From contig JAKMXF010000033.1 of the NCBI GenBank assembly GCA_024704765.1, forward strand, positions 682,001 through 746,000: 64,000 bases of DNA, read 5' to 3'. The notes beneath the pieces were generated by a model that made no database searches, was not told the origin of the DNA, and saw only the letters and a list, made by a program, of their open reading frames with translations. Positions 1 through 13,076 of the stretch are shown here, in pieces. This stretch comes from Oopsacas minuta. Taxonomy: Eukaryota > Animalia > Porifera. Position 1 is the stretch's first letter, and every line of letters starts with the position of its first letter. The position numbers and the translations under genes were made by a program.

Positions 1-1530
1 CTCCATCAGTAACCTGTTGGTTCAGGAATGAACTGTCGTTAACTAGAGTCTGTACACAGTCCATATGGATCAGCTGTTCATTGAATGTTAGCATTAATGG
101 TATTCTACCGTGTCTATCTACTGCATTGACGTCAGCACCTGTACTAATTAGCAGGTGTATCTGATGCAGCTGTCCTAGCTTTGCAGCTACATGCAGTGGA
201 GTTAATCCATCTTCTAATACTTCTCTCATGAGCAGTTCGTCAGGTGAGAACACCTGCATCTGATACTGTACGGACTCTTCTACTTTGTAGTCTGGACATG
301 GTACTGTGTATAACCGATGAGGGAATTGACTAGCGTATGGAGGTGCAGGTCTGTCTGGGAGAGATATCTGGTTTAATAGAGTTATGATATCAAACTTCTT
401 TGCTATCTTCTGAGGTTGATAAGTCTGTTTGGTACGTAGATTAAGCAATCGGGTTTTTAGATCAGTGACTTCTTCAGTGGTAATAACACTAAGCTCGTCT
501 GTATTCAGTTCTAATTTGGGTGTATTTTCATAAACTTCACAGTCTCCTAATCCACTGACGTCATCACTTTCAGGCAACTTCTCTTGTTCCCTTTCTATCC
601 ACTCTATTGATTCTGTTTCCACACATTCTATAGATCCAATAGTTTCAGTATTCTTAGGGGAGATAGGGTGTACTTGTGTATTCTTGACTTTTCTCTTTTT
701 GTTACGTTTCTCCTTGCCTTTTCGTTGTTCTTTATCCCAAGCTATTTGAGGGAGATGTGAAGGGATAGTCTTTTCCGTTGTGATGACGTCATTAGAAATA
801 GTTCCCTCTGTAATTGTATTGTCCTGTCTATCTTGTAGCTCCGTAGAGCTTACAGACTCAACATTAGTAAGAATATGTGTTGGAATCAAGCTTCCGTCAT
901 CATTTCTAGTAAGTGTCGTGTTAGATTCTGTGAGTGAAATCTCTTCAAGATCTGAGTCATCAAAATCTTGCAATATCTCAGCAGTGGATGCATTTATCTG
1001 AGAGAAGAGGTCTTCTCTCTCGAAGTCCCCCTCCCAAGCCTTTCTGTGTTTAGGTTTATAGCTCGTGCCTATATGAGGAGGATCAGGGTAACCGGATATA
1101 GTGGCATGTGTGGGTAGGTGAAATGGCAGTACTTTGTTCCGTTTCTTAGGATTGATTACCACTATGTTCTTGAGGCGTTTCTTCTTCCCAAAACTATCTT
1201 CATGGACAGGGAGAGTAATCACGGCATCAGGCTCTTTCATCCTTCCCTTAGAAACAAGAGAATAAATAATAATCTATAAATATTAAAACCTATATGAATC
1301 ACTAAATTAGTCAGCTCCCGTTATCTAGAGATACCAGCTTATTATACCCAAGTCTGAAATTGTAGAAATATGATCCCAAACCGTCAAAGTAACATTATTA
1401 TACCGGAGTTATCGCGGTCCCTTGAGCTACGGGAGTTGACTGTACACCTAAAGTAGTCCCTAACTCTAAGCAGCTCCATCTCACTTACCTGAGAGAGGAG
1501 CAAATATGACAAAGAATATGATTTGATCAT
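1..1530 (-). CDS. Ankyrin-repeat protein, 3' part runs off the left edge; main exon 1246-<1 (ATG at 1240), tentative 14-codon first exon 1530-1489
   Basis: Missed by the ORF track because there is no stop in the window. Manual translation from ATG 1240 gives MKEPDAVITLP... then an acidic low-complexity region and GLTPLHVAAKLGQLHQIHLLISTGADVNAVDRHGRIPLML (ankyrin consensus). Acceptor TTCTCTTGTTTCTAAG ends at 1247; donor GTAAGT at 1488; the phase-0 join is in frame. Confidence 0.8.
1308..1444. mobile_element. Tc1/mariner/pogo-type MITE in the intron of the ankyrin gene
   Basis: Imperfect terminal inverted repeats TAGTCAGCTCCCGT... and ...ACGGGAGTTGACTGTA with TA ends; related to the element at 28200-28386. 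Confidence 0.6.
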
Positions 1531-1650
1531 TTTATTAGAAAAATAGATTGTTCTAGAAATAACAACCTATATGTGTGCATTCGAAAATGATCACAATCTA
1601 CTGTTCTCAGTGCCAGTCTACTACAGTGTGACACCTGTCATCTGTCCCAC

Positions 1651-2622
1651 TCAGTAGTGATTACCGCTTGAATTCGATCCACGGCTCTGGCTGCTGTTAT
1701 TCCCTCCGTTCTTCTGGCGACTGAACACCATCCCCCCGTTGGATTGCCCAACCTCAGTTGGTATGGGGTAATACCCACTATACGTGAGTTGCTGTTGCCC
1801 CCCTGGTCCTTGACAGGGTGTCTGAGAAAAGTATGCACTGAGACTCCGTTGAGTTGCTTCCTGACTAAACCCATTATATTCTCCAGCCGAATAGTTATAT
1901 CCATAGGGGAAGGGATAGTACTGACCATAGTGCCCTCCATAGCCATATGCATAGTAATAGCAAGCAGCTGGATCTGTATAGCAAGGGTATGTACCCATAA
2001 GATTCTGAGAGTTTGTAATCTCCTGACTACTCCCTGGATCTTGAGCTAGTTTACACTCCACTTTCTTTCCGTTGATAAAAAAGAATTGGTCTTTGCATAT
2101 CCTTTGTACACTATCATCGTTATCCAATGTAAGGAAGCCAAATCCACGTGGACGTTGGGATTCTTTATCAACCTTTATCTCAACGCTAGTTACATTGCCG
2201 TACGAATCAAATTTCTTTGACAGGTCTTGTTCAGTAGTACCCGGGGGGATCCCTCCAACAAAAATCTTACGTGGGTGGAGGGTCGATGTAGAGGGAATAG
2301 CAAGTGCTACATGATTATGATTGAGGGTTGAAGGTGTCCCTCTCTTCTCGGCGATCTTAGGATCTACCTGCTTACCGTCAATCCAATGCTCATCCTTAGC
2401 AAGCACTAGCCCAACAGATTTCGGGTCTTTGAATGTAACGAATCCAAATCCACGCGGTTTTCCTGCAATATCTTTCATAATTACGGAATCAGTGATTTCG
2501 CCATAATTCTTGAAATGTTCAGTGAATGTGTCGATATTTGTTTCCCAGCTCAAGCCCCCAACAAACATCTTTGTAGTTTCCGGTTGAGACATGGCTAGAG
2601 TAGCATATTTCAAATCACTCAT
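1651..2622 (-). CDS. Tandem-RRM RNA-binding protein (hnRNP A/B/D, Musashi, DAZAP1-like) with a Y/G/Q-rich tail
   Basis: Two RRMs with RNP2/RNP1 motifs MFVGGL/RGFGFVTF and IFVGGI/RGFGFLTL. Likely start is ATG 2622 (MSDLKY...); the ORF track extends further upstream. Confidence 0.9.
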   Translation of the reverse strand: MSDLKYATLAMSQPETTKMFVGGLSWETNIDTFTEHFKNYGEITDSVIMKDIAGKPRGFGFVTFKDPKSVGLVLAKDEHWIDGKQVDPKIAEKRGTPSTLNHNHVALAIPSTSTLHPRKIFVGGIPPGTTEQDLSKKFDSYGNVTSVEIKVDKESQRPRGFGFLTLDNDDSVQRICKDQFFFINGKKVECKLAQDPGSSQEITNSQNLMGTYPCYTDPAACYYYAYGYGGHYGQYYPFPYGYNYSAGEYNGFSQEATQRSLSAYFSQTPCQGPGGQQQLTYSGYYPIPTEVGQSNGGMVFSRQKNGGNNSSQSRGSNSSGNHY

Positions 2623-4335
2623 AATGACAGTGTTCACAATAAACCAGAATTTATAATAATATATAATAAATAAATGTAAAAACAATGAAAATTCACACTT
2701 CTTTATTTCAGAATCAAAATCCTTGAGTGATAGATATTTAAAGCACCGAGTGAAAAGATTAACAATTGAGGTCGAGTTAGAACAGGATATAGAGGTAACT
2801 CTTTTCCTTCGTAAATGATCCTCACGTGTTCAGTGAATTTCAACATGATAAACACATGATACCCTTCTACCCTATAGCTATATTGAATGTGTAAATTTAA
2901 TTGGTGTATGGAAAATGTGTTAAGTGGCATTCTAAGTTTTTGCAATTTGGATGTTTTGGATAAATTTCCAAATCAGTGTTTTAAATAATCAAATGTATTT
3001 AGTAGATACTATAATTTCAATAATGAGCTGTAATTAATACGTCCGCACAGATTGTGATTTAGATTTTTAATTTTGAATAGTTAATTTCATATTTATGCCA
3101 ATATGGGCGTAAAATGGTCACATTATCCGAAAACATATTACTAAGTAGTCTGAAGCTCCTTTTGACCTTTTGAGATGAAATCTGAACAATATTCACTAAC
3201 CTAATTTCTTACTCTTGTTCAAATAACCGAAGTGTCAGATTATCCAGGGTCTACTGATAAAGTTTCAAAGCAATACATCTATGACAGCTATTCAAGTGGC
3301 AAACATGATATCTATGTAAAGTTAGATCATAAATGCAATCAAGAGACACAATTATACTTTCTTGATATCAATAAATCACATAAATGGATCAAATGTTATC
3401 AAAAGATGACAGAATATTCTCTGTAAATTTTCGATGTAATCCACCCCCTACATAGTAAGTGTGAAGTTATCTAGAATTGTAGACAGATAAATAATGGGAT
3501 GAGTTATTTAATTCCTATACAAATCGGTAAACATATTTTTACGTGAGTAGATTTTGAATTACGCAAGCGTCCTTTATAAAGCAATTTAAATTTTTTGAAA
3601 CCTTTTCAAAATTAGAATTGTTTTCAAGTAAAATAAATCAATAATTTGAATAACAAACAGTAAATTATGACAATAGCGTTTGTTGCAACTAAAATGATCC
3701 ATCATTTACCCTACAATTAAAGTTAAGAAATAGCATTATGGTATTACTTTGCAGCGAAGACATTGATGTATGTACTGTAGTTTGTATTGAGCAAGAAGAG
3801 AAGGAAGCCTCAACTATAGAAATACTTTTTGGTAGCAAAATCAGATGCGGGCGGTAGAGCTGAAACATGTTTCCAACTAACAGTGGCCTAAAGTAAACAA
3901 TTTGTAGAAATCTTGAATTTACGTAGCGATTGCCCTAAACGATATTCATAGGTAATCAACTAAGCTGAATCCGAATTTCGTATTTTCAAGGTACTCATGT
4001 GAAATAATCGTTGTTCTTATGAAAAATTCGAGGCGCAGTGTTCTCAAGCCGCCCAGCGCGAGCAAGCGAAACTGTTCGTAATTATGAATTAATAATTATA
4101 ATTAGTCTCACCTACCTAAAAGCATGTCATCTGACCCATGTGACTCATGTTCCCTCATGTGTTTAGGCTTTAGAACCTTCATGAATACTAAACCATAAAT
4201 ATTTGTATTTAGTAAGAAACTACTTCCTACTTACAATTACATATGCGTTTCTATTTTCCACATTACCAATTTAGCTGCTAGAATATACAGTGCTGGTTGC
4301 AACACATTGATACCAACTTTTCTAATAATCTACCG

Positions 4336-7300
4336 ATGTCTTTTCCAAAACTAAAGAAGAAATCTAAATCTAAGACAGAATCCTTGGATACTAACTCAGC
4401 GGTTGGCTACCACATCAAATCAGCTGGCGATCTACCAAAATTCCACAAAGCTATATGGCAAGAAGATTTCACTAAAGTATCTCAGCTGATCAAAAAGCAT
4501 GACGTCAATGCTCGTGATAAAGAACAGCGTACTCCTCTACACCTAGCAGCTGCTAAGGCTAGCGATTCTATCATAAAACTTCTCTGTCATTATAATCCTA
4601 ACGTAAATGCACAAGATAAAGATATGAAAACTCCCCTAGTAAGAGCTAGTGAGACAGGATCATCGAATGCTGTCAATTTTCTCTTACAGGCAAAAGCTAA
4701 CCCTAACATATCATCATTTGATGGGCAGTCACCTATCCATATCAGCTCTCATCTAAATGATGAGAGATCTGTGAAACTACTACTAGATCATCATGCTAAT
4801 ATAAATACTCCAAATGCTCTAGGGCACACCCCCCTTCATATAGCTGCACAGGCAGGACATGCTAATTTGGTTACACTATTCACTAATGAGGGATGTGATA
4901 TAAATGCTTTATGCGGGGAATCACAGACCCCATTGATGTCAGCTGCTGAGTATGGACGGTTACAAGTTGTGAAGTGTTTACTCGAACTGAAGGCTGACAC
5001 TGAATGCAAGAACCAGCGAGGATGGAAAGCAATTGATTTAGCTCAAGTAAACGGACATAATCATTGTAAAATAATAATTGAAGATTTTGTGAAACGATCA
5101 AAACCTAAAATATCAATTCCATCTGCAATTAAACCTAGCATATTCTCCGAGAAGAATTCATTTGGAGTTCCTGCACATGATAAAGAGGTAGTTCACTATT
5201 CTGACATCAGTGATGAGATATCTGCACGTGATATACATACATACAGTGAAGATGATACAATATCTTATGAACCTTCAGAGGTACAATTGAACAAGCCTAA
5301 AATTAGCTTATCAGGAGCATTAGCTAAACCAGTAGGCTTGTCTGAACTGGCTCCACCACCTGTTGATAGAACTATAGACTCTGATAACGATGAGTTAGAT
5401 ATAGAATCTGATTCTACTTCTGCCAGTCCGTTTCAATCAATACAACCTGTTCCCTTACAGAGGATATCTCCTCTATGCTCTTCACCAGCTGGTTCATCTG
5501 GTAAGGATACTCTAGATCTTGATCAAGCAGATGATAAGCCTATTCAGCCTTCTATATCATCTATAGAGTTAGAAGATACGTCATTAGATTTTCCTGTCAG
5601 TAATCAGTCATCTAATCAACCACAAGCTACAGTATCTTCTGAACCTGCTATTATAGAAATACCAGCTGATGAGTTATATTCTGATTCTAGTAATACTTCT
5701 ATCTCAGAGAATAACTTGTATATACCTAAACTATCAACAGACTCAACTCAGGTCCCTCCTTTGAGTGTCTTATCTCCTCTTGCTGACGTCACTCTACCGG
5801 TATCTGACCTCCATACAAAACCTCGATCTATACCATTCGAATTAGACATTCAGATTGAAGAACCAGACAGAGACCTGAATATCGATGCATTATCTCCTCA
5901 GCCTATTAGTACATCTAAGCCCGTTACTGATGGACTTGATATTCCTGAACAATCTCTACAATCTGAACCTGAACGACCTCTTCTCGACTTACCGCCCCTC
6001 ATACTATCAGCTGATAAGACTGATACTTCTGTGAAAGTTATCAAACAAGGAGACAACACTAATGCTATGAAACCTCCGATTAAAGATAGCTCTAGTTCAT
6101 GCTTTGATTCAGATGAAGAGGTTCCAATTAACGCCAGTGGTAACTTAGGTCGTATCTATGATGCAATTCAATCAAATGACAGTGATGCCTCTCAACCATC
6201 AATACAAAACACTACTATACCAGTACCTGAGCCCATTGTACTACCTCAATATGATAGTAGTGATGAAGAATCTCTAGACATGAGTACTCAACCTGCAGAA
6301 CACGTACAAGTTCTATCTTCTACTCCACAACCTACAAGTAGATCTGGAATACATATATCAGAGGGTGATGTCTCTGTATTGTCAGATCCTAATAAGCACT
6401 TAGCCTCTGGTGATGATGACCCTATACTGAATCCTGAACCAGGTAAAATAGATGATTCCTCATTAAACACTGTCTTGAAGTCTGTGTCAATGTTTGAGGG
6501 CTTAACACACATCCCTGAATCTATTACTGCTATTCCTGAGCATATCAATCCACAAATTGCTACACCTCATATTAGTGCTAAGCTAGATATAATACAGACT
6601 GAAGCACAACCTCCTATAGCGGGAGAGATAACTGCTGGAGGTGGAGAGCCTATCTCTACTCCTGCTCAACAACTGAATCCGTACTTACCTGTGTCTACAG
6701 AAGTGCTAGGAGAACTTCAATTAGAAGAATCAGTCAGTGAGTTATCTAGCTCTGATGAGCCCCCTCTATCAGCACGCCCACCTCCTCTCCTACATGCACT
6801 CTCTCCTTCCAGATCTAAATCTTTCACCAGCTTCTTAAAACCGATAGCTCTCTCAACTGATGACCCTATCAAGAACATTTCACAATCTGATTTGAATGAA
6901 CTCTCTACCACTATACCCTTGAATCCTATCCAACTGAGTGAATCAAAATCTATCTTCACTCTCACACAACAGATGTCTACAATTCAAAAGGAAAAAGAAG
7001 AGCTGGAAAATAAATTGAGAATATCTGATACTAATTGTTCTAAGCTGAATAGTACAGTAGAAGACTTGAAGGCGAGTTTATCAGATCTACAACAAGAGAG
7101 AATACAATTGGTTGATGCACAGAATCAGGCTGAACTCACTATGCGTAAACTCCAATTTGAAGTGCAACAGAGATCTAGTTTGAAATTGGAGGAGAATGAA
7201 ATGTTGAAACAGTTGAATGAGAAAGCTCTCAAACTAGAATTCCAACTCGTCAAAGAAACGGAATCCCACACAAATGAAGAAGTGAAGAGAAAGGAGCTGG

Positions 7301-10170
7301 AATTACAGCTACATCTCTCTCAAACTACTGGTACTCAATTAGCTAATCGCATCAAAGAGTTAGACACACAACTAACACAAGAAAGAGATTCTATTAAATT
7401 ATTGAAACAGGACTACACCACTGTATCGAGTAATTACGGTACAATTAAGAAAGCTAACGAATCATTGCTCCATGAAAAAGACAGTAACAATACAGAAATT
7501 GAAAAGTTATTCACAACCCTGAGTACCTGTAACACTGAGATTGAGAAGCTACGAACTGAACAGAGCAGGGCAACAGAAGAAATTAGAATCAAAGAATCTA
7601 AATTAGAATCTCTACAACAAAGTCTATACGAACACAATGAACAGGCTAATATCACCTTACAGCAGCGAGTAGAGGAGATTAGAATATTGGAGAAGAGATC
7701 TAGCGATGATAAGGGAGCTCTAGAAATGCAGATGGTAAGTTTAAATGCGGAGAAGAATTTGCTACAAGCTGACTTAACACGGGCTAATGATAGTATAGCT
7801 GTGCTAGAAAAAGATATCCATGGTCTGAGTGAGAAACTAGTACAATCTACAGCAGAGATAGATCATCTCAGACAAAACAATATCATGAGTCAAAAGTCTA
7901 ATGACAATGTATTGACTGCTCACCAGACAGAGAAAGAGCTCCTGGAGAGAGAAATGCTACATCTAAACGATCAGATTAAATATCAACAATCAAAGATGGA
8001 TACGTTAGAACAACAATTAAATGATAAAGCGAATGAGCTTAAACATTCTCAATCAATCCTGACAGAGAGAGGTAACCTTGTCACTATTCTACAGAGAGAT
8101 ATAGACCGTAATTCTATGCTACTTTCTAGTACGGGAGATAAACTTAAAATAGAAGAAACGAATAATGCAAAGCTCGTGAAACAACTTGAACAGTCTAGCT
8201 CAATGCTAGAGAATTCAAAGGATGAAGCGAAGCAACTTGCAATTGAGTTAGAACGAGTTAACACTAAATTGACAGATAACCAAACTCATTCACAGGAATT
8301 AGAGAGTAAACACATAACAGAATCTCTTAGTGTTCAGAACATGATATCGGAACACAGATCTACAGCTCAAGGAGAGAGACAAACTCTTCTACAGGAAATT
8401 AGTGGATTGAAACAGAACATTTCTCTGTTACAAGAACAGCTTACGGATAGTCACAATAAATGTGAGGAATATCATAGAGAAATTATAGCTAATAAGAAGG
8501 AATATTCCCATCTTATAGAAACACACAATGCGGAACAACACAGTAATAAAGAGCTACAAGAACAGAATAAATTCTTGGAAGAAGAGTTCCATAGAGCTAC
8601 TACCGAGAAAGCTAATCAACAGCATATAGCCTCTCAGCTAGAAGTAGATAAGGTATCTCTAGCTGGAGAATTAGAGAATACACAAACTGCATACCGTGAG
8701 TTGAATTTGAAAGTACAAGAATATGCTAATGATGCTAACGTAATAGCTAAGGCTAAGGAAAGTGTTGAAATTATGCTACATAGCATTGAGACTGAGAGAA
8801 ACGATCTTAGAACTAATCTAGACAAGCAAGCTTTCTACAATGATTCTCTCAAAGATCAGCTGACTGAGTCTAGAAAATCACAAACTTCAAGTGATGCTCT
8901 ATACATAGAACTAACCGAGAAGAGAGAAGCCCTTGAAGAAGAATTGAGGTCTCTTAGAGAAGAGAAGAACAGAGCTATTATGGACGCTACAGAAGCTAAA
9001 TTGTTATGGGAAACTGAGGTTAAATCAAGATCAAAGTTAGGAATTAAAATCTTAGAGTTTGAGAAAGATTACGGAGAAGCTCAGGCTCTATTGAAGTTGG
9101 AAGTGGATACTAAAAATAAGGCTTTCGAATCTATTAAAGATTATGAACGACAAATACATTATCAAAATGAAAACAAGAGTCGCATAGAAGGACATAATAA
9201 ATCTCTCCTCACTGATATCAAATCATACAAGAAACGTATTAAGGACTTCGAATTGAGAGAACACAGATTTCCAGATTTGAAAACTGAACTTAGCAAGGAG
9301 AGAAATACATTTGATAATGCATTACAGTCTCTAAACAGTCAGTTGTCTGACTCAAAGGAATTGACCGCCTCTCTGAAACGAGATATTGCTATAATGAAGG
9401 AACAGCTGAGCTCTGCTCTTAGAGAGAGAGATGAGATATGTCGCGAGTTAAGTCATTATAAACGTGAAATTAACGAGGAAATTAGATCATATACACAACT
9501 TAAAACTGAGCATAAGAAGCTACAGGATGAGTTAATTAAATGGCAACAGGAGTGTAGTCAAAAGGAGAAACTATATTTAATGACTAAAGAGAAAGAAATG
9601 CAGAATCGAAAAAGATTCAATCAGAAATTACAAGAATTCAACTCTCACATTCTAGAACAATCTCATCATCAAGATACACGTGATTCTCCTGGAGAGATCC
9701 AGCTGATTAAAGAATTGGAAAGGAAGACACATCAACTAGAATCTGAGCTGAGTAACTACAGTAAGAATTCTAATGTGGATGATTTATTGAGAGAAGATAC
9801 TAATTACATTCATAAGCATTATAATAGTTCATCCTCCCATGAGGATAGTACTAATCGTAGTAGGTATAGGAATCCTAATTATACACGGGACGATACTTAT
9901 AAGTCTAATACCAAGCGATTTTCACTGCCTCAGGTAGCCGCAATAACTGACGAGTCTGATTTGTATTTACATCCAAGCTACGTACCCTCAAGACCGTATA
10001 CTCCAAATCTTCGTACTTCTCGTGCTTCTAAATGGATGGATGCATTGGATGCTAAGATAGCAAACCAGTTGAATTTAAGTGAAGGTATTCGTCAAGATAT
10101 TTCTTCATACACCCCGCATATCTCTAAGGACCCTCACTTGTCTTCAATATTCCACAACTATGAAGTGTAA
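4336..10170 (+). CDS. ANKRD26: ANKRD26-like protein: N-terminal ankyrin repeats, acidic P/S-rich linker, long coiled coil; intronless
   Basis: Ankyrin repeats (RTPLHLAA, KTPLVRAS, QSPIHISS, HTPLHIAA, QTPLMSAA), about 900 aa of heptad-rich coiled coil, and a WETEVKSRSKL segment resembling the ANKRD26 C-terminal region. First ATG at 4336. Confidence 0.7.
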   Translation: MSFPKLKKKSKSKTESLDTNSAVGYHIKSAGDLPKFHKAIWQEDFTKVSQLIKKHDVNARDKEQRTPLHLAAAKASDSIIKLLCHYNPNVNAQDKDMKTPLVRASETGSSNAVNFLLQAKANPNISSFDGQSPIHISSHLNDERSVKLLLDHHANINTPNALGHTPLHIAAQAGHANLVTLFTNEGCDINALCGESQTPLMSAAEYGRLQVVKCLLELKADTECKNQRGWKAIDLAQVNGHNHCKIIIEDFVKRSKPKISIPSAIKPSIFSEKNSFGVPAHDKEVVHYSDISDEISARDIHTYSEDDTISYEPSEVQLNKPKISLSGALAKPVGLSELAPPPVDRTIDSDNDELDIESDSTSASPFQSIQPVPLQRISPLCSSPAGSSGKDTLDLDQADDKPIQPSISSIELEDTSLDFPVSNQSSNQPQATVSSEPAIIEIPADELYSDSSNTSISENNLYIPKLSTDSTQVPPLSVLSPLADVTLPVSDLHTKPRSIPFELDIQIEEPDRDLNIDALSPQPISTSKPVTDGLDIPEQSLQSEPERPLLDLPPLILSADKTDTSVKVIKQGDNTNAMKPPIKDSSSSCFDSDEEVPINASGNLGRIYDAIQSNDSDASQPSIQNTTIPVPEPIVLPQYDSSDEESLDMSTQPAEHVQVLSSTPQPTSRSGIHISEGDVSVLSDPNKHLASGDDDPILNPEPGKIDDSSLNTVLKSVSMFEGLTHIPESITAIPEHINPQIATPHISAKLDIIQTEAQPPIAGEITAGGGEPISTPAQQLNPYLPVSTEVLGELQLEESVSELSSSDEPPLSARPPPLLHALSPSRSKSFTSFLKPIALSTDDPIKNISQSDLNELSTTIPLNPIQLSESKSIFTLTQQMSTIQKEKEELENKLRISDTNCSKLNSTVEDLKASLSDLQQERIQLVDAQNQAELTMRKLQFEVQQRSSLKLEENEMLKQLNEKALKLEFQLVKETESHTNEEVKRKELELQLHLSQTTGTQLANRIKELDTQLTQERDSIKLLKQDYTTVSSNYGTIKKANESLLHEKDSNNTEIEKLFTTLSTCNTEIEKLRTEQSRATEEIRIKESKLESLQQSLYEHNEQANITLQQRVEEIRILEKRSSDDKGALEMQMVSLNAEKNLLQADLTRANDSIAVLEKDIHGLSEKLVQSTAEIDHLRQNNIMSQKSNDNVLTAHQTEKELLEREMLHLNDQIKYQQSKMDTLEQQLNDKANELKHSQSILTERGNLVTILQRDIDRNSMLLSSTGDKLKIEETNNAKLVKQLEQSSSMLENSKDEAKQLAIELERVNTKLTDNQTHSQELESKHITESLSVQNMISEHRSTAQGERQTLLQEISGLKQNISLLQEQLTDSHNKCEEYHREIIANKKEYSHLIETHNAEQHSNKELQEQNKFLEEEFHRATTEKANQQHIASQLEVDKVSLAGELENTQTAYRELNLKVQEYANDANVIAKAKESVEIMLHSIETERNDLRTNLDKQAFYNDSLKDQLTESRKSQTSSDALYIELTEKREALEEELRSLREEKNRAIMDATEAKLLWETEVKSRSKLGIKILEFEKDYGEAQALLKLEVDTKNKAFESIKDYERQIHYQNENKSRIEGHNKSLLTDIKSYKKRIKDFELREHRFPDLKTELSKERNTFDNALQSLNSQLSDSKELTASLKRDIAIMKEQLSSALRERDEICRELSHYKREINEEIRSYTQLKTEHKKLQDELIKWQQECSQKEKLYLMTKEKEMQNRKRFNQKLQEFNSHILEQSHHQDTRDSPGEIQLIKELERKTHQLESELSNYSKNSNVDDLLREDTNYIHKHYNSSSSHEDSTNRSRYRNPNYTRDDTYKSNTKRFSLPQVAAITDESDLYLHPSYVPSRPYTPNLRTSRASKWMDALDAKIANQLNLSEGIRQDISSYTPHISKDPHLSSIFHNYEV

Positions 10171-11636
10171 TTAGCAACTACTCGTACTTTATTAACTTTT
10201 TACAACTAATAATATCTTCATTTAATCTACCTTAATTTATTACCCAACTAATATCTGTAGGTTTATATCTCTTTATATAATTCTCCCATTTCCAATACTA
10301 ATTACTGATGATACTTTATTGTAATTTAAGTTCTTAAATATATAACCATCAGTATATATCCGTATATGGGCATATGGTTGATTTGGATTTGTCATAGTAT
10401 ACAATCATGAAAACAATTTCTTATTGAAATTAGCTCAGATAGGAAAATATTTTGTGTAATACGTAGTACATATGTTTGACTTGCTTATGTTAGTAACTTT
10501 GAGAACTTCGTAATTTGCCATCTAAAAATAACCTTCAAAAACCCTGTAAAATTCAAATTACGTACTTGCCAATCTTATCCTTTAGATTGACGTACTTGTC
10601 AAAGGGTTCCATATAGTATGCACAAGTACCGAGAATACTAAAATCGTTTTACCTTAAATTACCGCATCGGAATTAACCTATCATTACTGGTGCAGACTGT
10701 CCGGTCCAGTGGCCATAATTTTTTGCTAAATTGCTTGAGGCAGACTAGTTGTTATCAAATTTATAACTACCCTTATTCCTGTCTTTACAGGATATTATTT
10801 ATTCACAGATCATACAACATCTTAATTAGTGAAATGATGCTAACTATCCATTCTCTGAGATATTAAGATAAGATGGTGTTTGGTATTTAGCCTAGAGTTT
10901 TCTATATAATAGTGTCACTAAGGTTCTCTTAGTGTAGCTACTATAGTCAGCTCTTCCTCTTGTCCTGAAATCAATGAAGTGGTTTGGTCTGATCACTAAA
11001 TACAACGTACATTGTCATATGCTGCAGTGGTGCCAAATCAGGAACAAAGTTTAAAGATTTTGGCTTTTATAAATTTGGCATGAACTTTGCATTATTCTGG
11101 AAGGAACTTATAGTTTGACATGAAAATGGGTCTGTGTCATTTGAACATGGAAATTGTGGATACGTAGCAACACTGCATTATAGTCAGTTCTCGATAATAT
11201 CAAGGCTCTTTTACATTATCAGCAAGTAGTAGTGGTTAGATATCTTTAATTAATCTACTTCACGCCATTTCCCGATCATTTAATTATAATTTTTCAATTA
11301 GTTTACTTCTTGAATAACATCCTGTATAAATTGATATAATGTTATTGCTCAATTGCTTTGTCTACGGTTTTACCACTAATTTTCATCATTGATACACTAA
11401 CAATTGTATAGAATAGACAAAAGCTCGTGTTACACATTCTAATGACCTCTACATGTTGTCATGCTAGAGTTCATGTTATCAGGTTAATTTTAGAAATAAT
11501 TTATTCTTAGAGTTTCTATTCAGTTCTATTCTGTTCTAATGGAAACCTTACTTTTCTAAATTTAGCTTCTCAGTTAGTATAAATACAGAATCTCCCTACA
11601 GAATTTATTATACCTACTTCTATTCAAAACTTGTAA

Positions 11637-12584
<948 letters not shown>

Positions 12585-13076
12585 GACAAGTACTCTCTCT
12601 AATACATTTGAACATATATATATCTATAGGCTTAGTGTTAGGTTGTAACTTGTGTGCTGATTACCTCATTTCCTGATCTAATAAATGTTTCTTTATTCTG
12701 ACTTAACTTTCCTAATTCATGTTTACCAAGGGGGGGAAGAAATAGCGGAAAATAGAAGGGGAGCCTTGAGTATAATACCCTGTTTAAGATAGCGAAATTA
12801 TGCATTGTAAATTTAGAGCGATTTCGAGCCTCCCGTTCCCGAAACGCTAGCGATTTCGCCCCTCCCCATCCCTATATGCTAGTGTTTCAGGGAAGAGGAT
12901 CCCTAAATCGCGCTTACGCCTGTTATAGTAAGAACATATTTTGTGACTCCCAAGGATGTTTTACAAACAGAATAATGCCTTAATATCATTTGGTTAATAA
13001 CATGACTTCTAGTAAATTAGGTATATATAACATGATAACAAACAAACTATTGTAACCTTTTGACAACAAAAATCTC

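Noticed and set aside
780-1001. 73-aa plus-strand ORF
   Set aside because: Antisense to the ankyrin gene.
11480-11545. Heat-shock elements upstream of polyubiquitin
   Set aside because: Only gapped TTC/GAA matches, which are expected by chance in AT-rich DNA.
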